The notes beneath the pieces are model-generated. The model was not told the DNA's origin and ran no database searches. It was given only the letters and a program-made list of their open reading frames with translations. 64,000 bases of DNA from Hyphochytrium catenoides (Eukaryota; Protista; Hyphochytriomycota): assembly GCA_900088475.1 (NCBI GenBank), contig FLMG01004723.1:1-64000 (forward strand), given 5' to 3'. This document shows, one piece after another, positions 10,601 to 22,800 of the stretch (the stretch's first letter is position 1; each line of letters starts with the position of its first letter). The position numbers were made by a program, and so were the translations under genes.

Positions 10601-13600
10601 CCACTTTCCTGGAGCAGTAGCTGAGGATAGAGGGGAAGGTAAGCATGAACAGTAAGAGAAGGACTACTAGTCCAACCAGGCGTCGTAGAAGCAGGGAGAC
10701 CACCCCTGAGCCCATATTGTGCCAGTTGATATCAGCTGGATGAGGAGCTTTGAACACCCAGACTGCGCGGGCACGAATTTTGCCGCGATGAGAACCATCT
10801 GTAGAAGACGAGGGGGCCTGGCTGGATAAAATTGCGGTGGACGAAGAAAGATGCTGAGCAGGCACGGAAGAAGGGGTTGGGTCTGCCCCTTCGCATGGCA
10901 TCTTCTTTTCCATGACTGAAGGCAGGCAAATTCTTCGTAACGCTAGACATTCTTTGGCAGCCTGCTGGTTGTTGAAGGTGACTATAGCAGCCATTGGGCT
11001 TTCCTTCTTCCTCATGGTGGAAAAATGCATGGCGTTGACCTCCACCTCCGTTTGCCGAGTAAAGCGAACGAGCTCCCTATGAACAGACATCGTAAGATGT
11101 TACGGCGAGTTTCCCGCCATGATGCTGGATTTGACTTCTTCCTTCATTCAGGAAGCAAAAACTATGGGATCCATGGAGAGAAGAAAAGGGATGGACAGCA
11201 CAGAGAGGAGAGGGAGACTAAGAAAAGAGAGGTAGATAATCCAGCAGCAGAAGATAATAAGGGAAGCAGGAGGAAAGACAAGAGAAGGAAGATGGAATGT
11301 TGAAAGAGCCTTACAATTCCAAGGAAAATAGCAGCCAAGCCCATCATCAGCGTTTCTTATTATCTACCTTGTCTTTCTTTCTAGTTTTGCATTGAGCTGG
11401 TTTCTCTTTTGCTTCTTGGCTGGTTCCTTGCTGTAGGAATCGTCCCAGGACATCAACTTTACTACGCTCCGCAGTTCTGCATATTCTCTTCTAACCCTCA
11501 TCAGTCCCTCAAGTCGTTGCAAAATGACATCCATATTTCTAGGCAAGTAAGCCACATCTGCCACCCAGCCACCTTTCAACTTGCTTTGAAGACTAGTAGA
11601 GAAACAGTGCGCTTGGTCCTGTACCGAGAGGTGTGGATGCTGCGTGTCTGTCTGTAGCTGATTTAGTATCCGTTTGTTTAGCTCGAACGCTGGGCGATGG
11701 GCGTCGAAGAGGAGGTCATATTCAGGAGAGCACCGGACCTGCTCAATAGCCTTATCGACAGCTGTAGCAACACGATCTCTCACATCACTATTAACCTCAC
11801 TTGGCAATGGTCCTGCACCTTCCGAACGCAGTGGTGTTTCCTCCTTGATCGTTTGCACGGTTCGTTCTTTACCTATTGTAGCACTGGCAGGATTTATGTC
11901 ACTACTTGGGTACGCGCCGGCAGCTACGACGAACCAGCTCTTGTTAGCGAGGTGCCCTTATTTCAACACCAAATCTTCCCCTCACCTAGGTTTTGTCCGG
12001 ACCCATCCCCGTCGGCCCGCGGACAGCTCTTCTCCAAGCGATCAGCTCCCGCCGCTTGGTCTTTTTTATGGTTGCGATAGAACCGTGCTTCTATCTCTGC
12101 GTCAGCCATTTTATCTTGAGGTGGACAGAACTGGTTGCTGAGCGCTACTGCCAGCTCTTCAGCGGGGTAGCCGGCCGGAATGCCCCGAAGTAGAACGGAG
12201 TAATCCTGAGTAGATACATCAAAGTACCTAAAGTGCCGAAGGAAGGCGCCCATATGGCACTTTACGATCAGCGTCCCGATCAAGGCAGCGGCGCAAAAGA
12301 CCAAGTCCAACCGGCTCACGATCATCAGAACGTCCTCCTCTGGGAGAGAAGAATTCAGGATAGAGATTCTCCTCTCCACTTTCTCGACTTCATCGGCTGT
12401 TACACTACTGGGCATCTCATTGTTGTTACGAAGATAAGGAAAAAGGTTCCCAACGGACAAAGCACTTAGGATATCAAACACAGACTTCCTTGGATTAGCA
12501 GAGTAATAGGAACCCCTGGAGAAGATATATAAGGAGGGAACAACCAAGACCGAGAGAACGTAAAAGTAGATGCAGAAAGCTCGCAGAAGTGCGAAATAGG
12601 TCAACAAAGTCCTATCCGCCGCTTCGAGCGTCTTTTTTACGGAGACTTTCTTTTCGGCACCGTATGCGACCGCCTTTCCTATATCGGGAGCTACCCAAGG
12701 CCGATGTTGAAGCTTTGTCATAAGGAAGGTAAACATGAGAGCATACTGAGACTTTTTCCAGCGAAGTCGCGCTTCCTTGTTGGAGAAGAATCCTCTCTTT
12801 CTTAACAATCGGACATCTCTAAACTCGTCCTTTAAGGTACCCAGTAGGCCATCAATGTAAAGCTGCTTTAAGGCGCCCAAAGTGACTGCTTTTTGCTCCC
12901 GTATAGTGGACGTACTCCGCAAGACCTTGAATGGACCTTCACAGCGGATGATCTGCTCTGTAAGCTGCTTTGATTCTTGAGCAACCCACTGATAAGAGAG
13001 AATAAGAGGGAAGCATAACAGCATGAGAAATACTTAGCCCAGGAACTAAAGGAGAAGACTAACCAACAGAACCAAGAGTGGGACACGGAAGAAGAATATG
13101 AAAAAGGCACCGGAAACCGACCACTACTGAAGATGCTGAGGAAATGCTCTAGTATGTGTGAGGTTCACCTCCCAGGGCTTCCCAGGGTTACGAGCAGCCA
13201 GCAGAGCCAGGATGAAGCGAGTAAACTCCTTGACATTAAGCCTGCCATCGCGATCGACGTCCGCTCGCAAAAAGATTTTGTCAATCTCCGAACCTCCCCC
13301 TGCATTCTTGCCGCAAAGATCGTCCCGATGATGCCAACAGTTACTTGGTGTGCAAATGAGCACAGCTCCTGTCGCCTTGTGCTTGTACCATGACATCCCC
13401 GATTCTTTGTCAAACGCTAGAGTGTATTCTGTCAACGACTCTGTGAAGTATTTGCTTCTTGCAAGGAAACGTCTTATTCGGGATTGGATCTTGGTTGCTG
13501 CCTGGTCCTCTCTCTTTCCTCCCCTAGGTAAGAAAGGAACTACCTTTGCGCCTCTACGATGCAAAGCTCCATCACCACCTGTTTCTGGAGGAGGAGTGTC

Positions 13601-14719
13601 GCTTAGGACGACAGAGGTGGTTGCTCCCGGTGTCGGCTTTGATGCCATGGCATGAAGAAGAGCCTCCCCTTCATTCCGTGTTGAAGTACTAGCGGTTGTT
13701 GCAGCCCTGATCGCACCCTCCCGTTCAACGCTTCCTTCGACCTCCTCATCCTCTTCCTCCTGGAAAAAAACGGCTTCGGCTTTCTTTTTCCTTGCCAGAT
13801 TGAGGAGCGCCTCCTTTCTCCGCACCGCTATATTTTTCTCTAAACTTTTCACCTTGGTCTCCAGCCTTCGGCGTTCGTTCAGTGCCATCAGGACAGCGAG
13901 CCTTTCTCTTTGATCTTGGGTCATGATGGCTCCATAAGCTGCCAACTTCTGTCGGCGAATTAGCTCACAGGAAGCCCTGCACATTCTCTCCCTGAATACC
14001 TTCAGCTCGTTGACAATCATCTTGTTGTTCTTCTCTCGTGGTTGGGAGTAGAATTCAGACATCACTGAGGTTTCAGGACAGTCGAAGGACGCTCCACCTG
14101 CTAGTCTCCGCAAGCTACTTTCCAAATCCCTATCTCGTAGGGCACTGCCTTGCGGCCCGACACCTCCGACCTTACTCATTGATCTCAAAGGGTTTTGATA
14201 AGAATTGCTGCTATCGGTTCGTTCTCCGTTCTCTGTGGCTTCAAGGTCGAGGGGTGCCTGCCAGGGTAATTGTTGCTTTAAGTCATTGGACGGGGCAGAG
14301 TCATTTCCTTGTGCTTTACGTAGCGCTTCTCTTGCTTTGCCTTCCTCGTAGCAGGACTGACACCGGTAGCCAAGCTTGGCCACGCCAGGCTCCCCACAGC
14401 CTTTCTTGCAAAAGCGATACACTATGGAAGATGGAATATTGCCGACATCATCCTCATGATCGACTCCTGTTGCCCGGCTGGCTTCTCCTTGTTTTGTAGA
14501 GCCATCCAGAATGCTTGAGGGCTTCTGAGTCTGGTTTATAGGTGCTGCCGTCAACACCTGCACTTTCCTGTTGTCGGCCACCTTATTACGAGGTGAAGTC
14601 GAAGCACCCACAGCTGAGGTAATGGGTTTGTTGTTTCCCTTTTGTTTAGAATCTCGCTTGTTTTCGCTCTCGGGGTTGTTCACCGTCATCCGTCCATTCT
14701 TCTTCTCTGGGGCCGGCAT
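7689..14719 (-). CDS. OSCA/CSC1/TMEM63-like multi-pass membrane protein (putative Ca-permeable/mechanosensitive channel), ~2,027 aa, with N-terminal A20-type ZnF, IQ, WW-like and EF-hand motifs; complement(join(7689..8870,9059..9670,9897..11076,11368..11923,11986..12988,13169..14719))
   Basis: OSCA-type motifs occur in order: LLTYFALLRAFCIYFYVLSVLVVPSLYIF (TM), DVSTQDYSVLLRGIP, AAIVTFNNQQAAKECL, VWVFKAPHPADINWHNMG, further TMs, then RTQ|VTLNRAAVG...CGLMPILIPL. Five GT-AG introns have consistent phases. The donor at 9896 was preferred over an alternative at 9959. Confidence 0.75.
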
Positions 14720-15365
14720 CGTTAGTGAGAGCTGCGCTAGCAACTACCTCACGGCCCCAGTTGATTAGTAGTGTAGCGCCTAGGGCGCAGTCGCAACTAA
14801 ATAAACCTGCAATCGCTTGGGAGAATAATTCTACAGCTAGTTTGCCACTGGCCGCAGCAGAATCGTTAAGAAAGCAGATGTATCCTTGGTACTCTCTCTT
14901 GTTAACGTAGGTACACTGAGTGCCACTGCCGGTGAAGGACCCTGCAATATGCCAGTTGCTTTCAAGAGTAGCTTATAATCATCTGGCTACTCTGCTAGTA
15001 GTAGGAGGCCAAGATGGGATCCTGAGCTCCTTTCAATCACCTCGGGGGCAACTACTACGGCTAAAGTGGAGCACACTTTGTATACGTTCTGCTGCTTTTA
15101 TAATCTTGTTGGCCGTCCGTCCTTTTTGAGGAAGTAGTAGTCAATCTTTCGTGTTTAACCAACCAACGTTGTTTTCTCTTACCTACTATTACATGCCAAC
15201 GAGAACCTCAAACAATATCATCACTCCGCCGGAGGTGGTAAAGATCCTGCCGCCATCGATGTGTGGAGAAGGGCTATGATCGATGGAGGAGGAGGGATGA
15301 TGCTCGGCATCATTGTCTTCCTACTTACCAAAAGTAACAAGTAGAGGAGGTTTGTTGCTGTCGTT

Positions 15366-15650
15366 ATTCCAGCAGCTGGTCGTGCGACTACTGCTATTGC
15401 TGTTGCTGTTGCTGCCTCCTGCCACCGACCACTGCTATTCCCAGCAGGTCGTGCTACTACTACTGCTGTTGCTGTTGTTGCTGCCTGCTGCCTGCTGCCA
15501 CCACTGCCATTCCCAGCAGCTGGTCGTGATACTACTCCTACTGCTGTTGCTGTTGCTGCCTGCTGCCACCACTGCTATTCCCAGCATCCGGCGGTGGTCG
15601 TGCTACTACTGCTGCTGTTGCCGGTGCTGCCTGCTGTCGCCACTGCTGCT
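15366..15650. repeat. Degenerate minisatellite of four ~70-bp units rich in CTG/CTA/GTT triplets
   Basis: Units start at about 15366, 15437, 15509 and 15577. Consensus is ATTCCCAGCAGCTGGTCGTGCTACTACTGCTGTTGCTGTTGCTGCCTGCTGCCACCACTGCT. Spacings are 71, 72 and 68 bp. Confidence 0.85.
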
Positions 15651-16413
15651 GTTGTTGCTGCTCCGGCGGCGGCGGTTAATCCAGTGTCCGAGCTCCATGG
15701 CAGCAGCGGTGGCGCGAGCGGCGACGGAATGAGAAGCTTGAAGCGGCACGAAGCATCACGAAAAGACACGCTGACCAAAACAGGGGGGACAAGCCAAACG
15801 GTTAGATTACGATCTGAAAGCGGTCCTTTGGTTCCACGGCGGTATTCTTGTATTGCTTTTGACGTTTTCAACAAAATCAATTATACTTAACGCTCTTTCT
15901 CCTAACCTTTGAAAACGTAGGATTGCACACGAAGCTGTCATATATCGAATTCAGTGCAAGGTAGCCGTTGGATAATATTAGCCGTTGGGCCCAGACTGCA
16001 GAAAGGCTGGCTGGCCACTTATTATCTCAATCTGCTGGTCTGCTTCTGATCGCAGCAGCTCGCGCGCTTTCCTCCCTCCTGATGACAGCGTCGGGCGGTC
16101 CCATGATGATCATCATCGTACCTCACACCACTCCACCATCGCATCAAGCGTGCTTCCAGCTCCTTTCTTAAGCGTTGGCAGTCCTGCTTATAGACGTTTT
16201 CTAAGGGCACCGAGATCCTGCCTTCGTAGTGAGAGACCAGTGGCACCAACAGGAAGTTAGAAGACCTGTCCCCAGGCCACTAGCTACTGCTTCAATCAAG
16301 CACTTGGAAGTTGCACAATTGTGAACCTGAGAAGAAGGAGCAATTTTATCAACCTAGCAACCTCGTTTCTGATTATAGTCTAGCATATTGGCTGAGAATT
16401 CTGCCGAGATTGA

Positions 16414-17736
<1,323 letters not shown>

Positions 17737-18313
17737 GCAAGAGGTTGGCATTTGCTCTCAACAATAATAGACAAACGCACTCCTCGGCGGTCACATTGCA
17801 CAGATTTTTTTCGTTTCTCTTTTAATTCTCTATGTACATCATAGCCTTCATGTGATAATAATGGACAACTAATGATCAGCTTGTTACCTTTGATGAGAGC
17901 GAGTGGAGCTGGGTGTGGATTCTGCATTCTGCATTTTCTTATTTTGAATAACCTCTGGACACTTGCATGCTATTATGATTCTGTTGCGCACGAATTACGA
18001 ATCCGAGTAAGAAAGACTTAGTGAAAAGAAAGAAAAAAGAATCAGAACTCAATCCCAGCGAGCTTGAGTGCATTGTTGACGCTGTCCAGAACTGGGAACA
18101 AGAACAACCTGGTTTCTCATCACGTAAGCCTTGGCATCATACAGCACTATTTCTGCGGCAAGGGCAGTTCATCTCGGTCGCGTGCCTAGCTAGGTCTTAT
18201 GAAAGAAGTTACCCAGCTCAGAGGACGAAGCTAAACCTGCATGGCTGGAGGAGCTATAAGAAACGGTGGGAAGGAGAGAAAGTGGTACGGTTTGGTGACT
18301 GCTAGTCTATAAA

Positions 18314-19628
18314 ATGAAGCGCTTCCTAGCTGGATCTAGCGGAGAAGAAGATGTCCACGCTCCTCTTTTAGGTAGTGGCTATGGGACCTTTGAAGGTGAA
18401 CAACGAAGCTCCAGAAACAGGGACCTTCTTCCCCCGGACGTGGAGGAGGAAGAGCCCAGATCTGGTGGTGCCGTCTTTGCCGTGATGATGCTGGGAGATA
18501 CGCTAAAGTCTTTTTGCACAAGACACTCTTTAAGCATGGATAAGCTTGAGGCGCTGAACGTTCAAACCTTCAGAACGGTAAGGAGCTATCACTTTCGGCG
18601 GTCGGTTGGTGTCTCTCCGCTCTGTCGTTCCCTTCTCCACTAATGTATCTGCTGAAGCTTGGAAACCGTAATCCAGTAGTAGGACAGGTCCTTGTGGTTG
18701 GCGAAGGTGAAGAGATAACCATTCACCAGCCCGTTTCCGATGATTTGCAAAGGGTGTGGGGTCAGGTAAGATGTCAGTACATAATATAGCCCCCTATTGG
18801 CGCTAACCTGATGGCTGAGCAGTGTCATGTCGTAAGGAAGACGGATTCTCTTGGCTCAATCGCACTAGAGTACAATACAACTCCCAGGCGATTACGGGAG
18901 GACAATCGCCTGATATTCCCAGTTGGGGAGAAGGGAATACTTGCGGCAGGCCAAGTTCTATTTATTAGATATGTAAGGAGATAGCCATGGCTTGTCGCTA
19001 GGAAGAAATGAGCTGACTTGACTGCTTTGGTTTAGATCAATACCGTGGACTCGACCTCACTACATCGATTCCTCGACATCGTAGCTGGCAAAGCAGATGC
19101 TGTCCCAAAGGGCTACCTCCTCCATACCGTGCAAGGGGGGGACACATGGCGTTCACTCATTGAGTCATATAACATGAGCTACAAGACGCTCTTGCAACTG
19201 AATAGGTGAGAGCTACATTAGGCTTAACTAACTCAACAGTGAGGCTATGAGGCTCTTACCATTCTCCTCATCCCATCCAGGCTCTATTTTCCTGTTGGCG
19301 TCCAAGTAAGACTAACTCGGGGACAGAAGCTACTTGTTTTTGATCCAAATGCTCCTCGAATACCCGAGAAGGTAACGGAGGCGGGCTAGCCAGACTCATG
19401 CCTTATACCTAATGAGGCTTGTCATTCTTGCTTTAGGTTCACTATTCCGAGGTTGTCCTCAAACGCCAAATTCACGAAGTAGCTCCTGGGGAGACCCCAG
19501 CCATAATCGCAGAAAGGTATGGCATGACCATGGACGAGTTACGGGACCAAAATCGATGTTACTTCCCCAAGGGTTTTGCTGGACATCTAAAGCCAGGAAT
19601 GAAGCTGGTCGTTATGAGAGATGAATAG
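18314..19628 (+). CDS. Four-LysM-domain protein, 324 aa; join(18314..18577,18658..18765,18823..18972,19036..19205,19281..19371,19437..19628)
   Basis: Hand splicing over five GT-AG introns gives four LysM repeats: AVMMLGDTLKSFCTRHSLSMDKLEALN..GQVLVV; HVVRKTDSLGSIALEYNTTPRRLREDN..GQVLFI; HTVQGGDTWRSLIESYNMSYKTLLQLN..GQKLLV; HEVAPGETPAIIAERYGMTMDELRDQN..PGMKLVV. The ORF track misses most of this gene. Confidence 0.87.
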
Positions 19629-19821
19629 AGGGCTCAGAAGTTCTTTCTTCAGCAGGGGCTTACTTGTGAACACCTAATCAGTAACTACGTCTTTCATTGA
19701 TGTTAAACCTGGGGAAAGTAGGGCTCTTGGGCCACCACACATACTTTCTACTTGCTAAAATACCTACACTTCTACTAAATAATACTACACTGCACAATTT
19801 CTATCTAGCTTGGGTAAAAGC

Positions 19822-22800
19822 TTAGGGGGCAGTAGCGATTGCAGGGTTCTGATGACCGAGACAAGCAAAGTCCCGTCCCAAGGATTGCTGATTACAGGGC
19901 ACCCCTATGCCAACACTGTTGACGGCGGAGACTCGAATGTAATGAGGATTGTTGGGGGGTAAGGTGAGCGTGTAGGAGCAAATGCTGTTCGCACATGCCT
20001 GCGTTGCTGATACATACAGGCTCGACCTTGAGAAGGACGCCCAGCCGTTTGCCTCCGTCGTTGACACATAATCAATGATGAATTGTGTAATCTGAGCTCC
20101 TCCATCAGCAACAACGCCTGCCCCTGACTCCGACGGCCCGCATAAACTAGCACTTGTGATAAAGTGCTCTGGGTCGCCCTGGCATGGATGCCCCGAATGA
20201 GGAATGACGGGCATCATCCAACTCAGGTTGACTTGTCCGCTCAGACCTGGACTGATATGAATATTGGCAGGTTTGCCAGGAGGCTGGGCACTGGGAACAA
20301 CGCCACCTGGAGATGCCACTTGGGCATACCCTCGTCCGGCAGCGTTGACAGCGTAAACCTGAAAGTAGTATACTACTCCTGACTGAAGTCCAATGATGGT
20401 ATGGCAAAGGCGAGTGTAGGACGAAGCGCTAACGTCAATGGGGACAGTGCCTTTCAGTGGATACTTGCTGCTGCTAGTAAAGGTAGGTACCATATCCCAC
20501 TCAATCTGATACGTCCGAATTTTGTCTCCACCATCATCAACCTCTTGCAGAGAACCGGGTGGATTCCAACACACTGTGACCTTGGTTGGAGACACTGCGC
20601 CAGCCAGTACCGATGATGGAGCTCCGGGTACGGTAAACGGATTAAGCGATTGTGGGATGGATGGCTGCCAATTACCTTGTCCCCTTGAGTTGACCGCAGC
20701 AACCCGGACGTAGTACTTGGTCTTGAGATCCAGCGGCTCAACTTGACTCCCTAATAGGGTTGTATATGGTGCCGTAGAGCTAAGCAAGCTGAAAATTGAG
20801 GTCCGAGTGGTTTGGGTGGTAAAGCTGGGGCTGGTACTATAGTGGATCACATAGTTAGTGATCTCATCTCCGCCGTTGTCGATAGGTGGACTAAACAGTA
20901 ATCGCAATTGATAGGCGTTGATAGCTTCAATTGTTACGTCTGTTGGTTTCCCAGGTGTAACCATTGGTCGCTGCGGGCCAGGAGCTAGCGTAGGAGCACC
21001 ATAACCGGCACTATTAGCCGCAAAAACTCGGACGTAGTACATTAATCCAGTCACGAGATTCTGCGTCTTTGGAAGTATCGTTGGTGCTACGCATTCCTGA
21101 TATGTGACTGCCTGCTGCCGAAGCTCCACAGTCACACCAATAGCAGATGTACCCACCTCAAAATACTGCCCTTCTGAGAGGAAAGTAACAGACCACACAA
21201 ATAGACCTGGGGTTGTCGTGGAAACTCGGCTTACAGCCACGTCATAACCGAGATCCCGGAATCTCATTTCCATGGAACCAGCGAACTGGCAGCTGCTGCA
21301 TGCCAGATTGCCATCAAGGGCAGACTCCTCAGCCTTAGAAGCGATAATGTCGTGTGGCATGGGAGCCGTATTGAGCGTAGAAGAATCTCTAGCATCTCTA
21401 ACAGACAGAATAAATGAGCCACCGATAACGCTCGGGCTTGTGTGCACTGTCCATACGGCAAGGGAGGAAGCGGATGGACAGTACACCTCGTCAACATAGG
21501 GCGAATCAAAGGCTGGACTCGTGTCCAGCTCAAAACGGTACTTCAGAATAGCATCACCACCATCCGATAGCGGCCGCATAAAGCTGGCTCTTAGATGATG
21601 TCGGTCTCCCGGCACCACTTCAAGAGCTACATTCATTGGGGGACCAGGTGCTTGCTTGGGAGGTATTACTGCAGATACAGTTCTACGCTGTAAGCCATTA
21701 CCAGCGGCGGATATAGGAGTGACTTGCATCATGTACCCTTTACCAGTCACTAGGCCAGTGACTTCATAGACATGGGTTGCTGCATCCACAGTAGCTGAGG
21801 CGTAGCCGACAGGGCTCTCGCCGACAGTGCAAGGAGGACAGAACAGCTCGCCGGTCAAGGGGTCAAGCACCGTGTTTCCCTCCCTGACCTCAACAGTCGC
21901 AGGAAGTTGTGGATCTGCAGGCACTAAACTTCCCGTGTCTATCAACATTGGTGGTACATCTTGTAGAGTCTCGCTGAAGGTGACCAGGTACGTGGGATTC
22001 ACACTTGATACCTTGGAGACTTGTACTTGCCGGGTGCCAGCTAAACTGTTGAGAACCTCTGCAACATCAGAGGCGGAGGCTGAGGCGCTAATCCAGTCAG
22101 AGAAAGGCGACCCTCCAAATTGCAGGCGGTAGAAGCCTGACATGGTGTTACCAAGGGTAATTTGCTGCACTTCAGCATGTCCTCCAGGACGACTCCCATG
22201 CTGGAGGGTCCCTACAATAAGATCAACATTAGCGCCATCCAGACTATGGCTGGGCCTTAGAGCTGGCACATCTCCGTCGGCAGCGTTGAACGTTACAGTC
22301 CAAGTCCGTGTATTGTCACTGACATAAGAGCCCACAGTGAGATCACCAAGCATAGGACTTGTCCCTTCCAGCAGCATCATAAGGTTATAACGCAGATCTT
22401 GAGCGGATGTAGCTGAAGTCATCATTGCTGTCTGTTGCCCTTTAAGGAACAGGCTCCAAGTACCCCCCGGCGCCACATGGCCGGCGTCCCATCTCATCTG
22501 AATGACTTGAATTTCTGGCCTGCTGCCACTAGACTCCCACCACTCGATGAGGTAACTGCTAATCTTTAAACCCCCCGTAAACTGAGGAGGGGCCCAGGAA
22601 AGGGTTGCGGTAGTAATAGGAAATTCCTGACTTCTCGGCGTTGAGACTTTAAGCAGACTTACGGGACCTGATTTCTGCGAGGGCCTAACGCTCATTCCCG
22701 AAAACACTGGTTGCCCGAATCCGGCTGCTGAAAATGATCGCACTCGCACGTGGTACGCAAGTCCAGGAGTGATATCATCAGAGATGATGTAGAAGAGTCT

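Noticed and set aside
15366-15650. CRISPR-like array
   Set aside because: There are no unique spacers, the units are degenerate along their whole length, no cas genes are present, and the context is eukaryotic.
15313-15890. Poly-Leu, poly-Ala and poly-Ser ORFs over the minisatellite
   Set aside because: They are translations of triplet-rich repeats, and the unit spacings (71, 72, 68) break the frame.
15146-15934. Possible terminal inverted repeats (CTTTCGTGT..AACGTT..TTC and GAAAACGT..ACACGAAG) flanking the island
   Set aside because: The match is short and gapped, and no target-site duplication was found.
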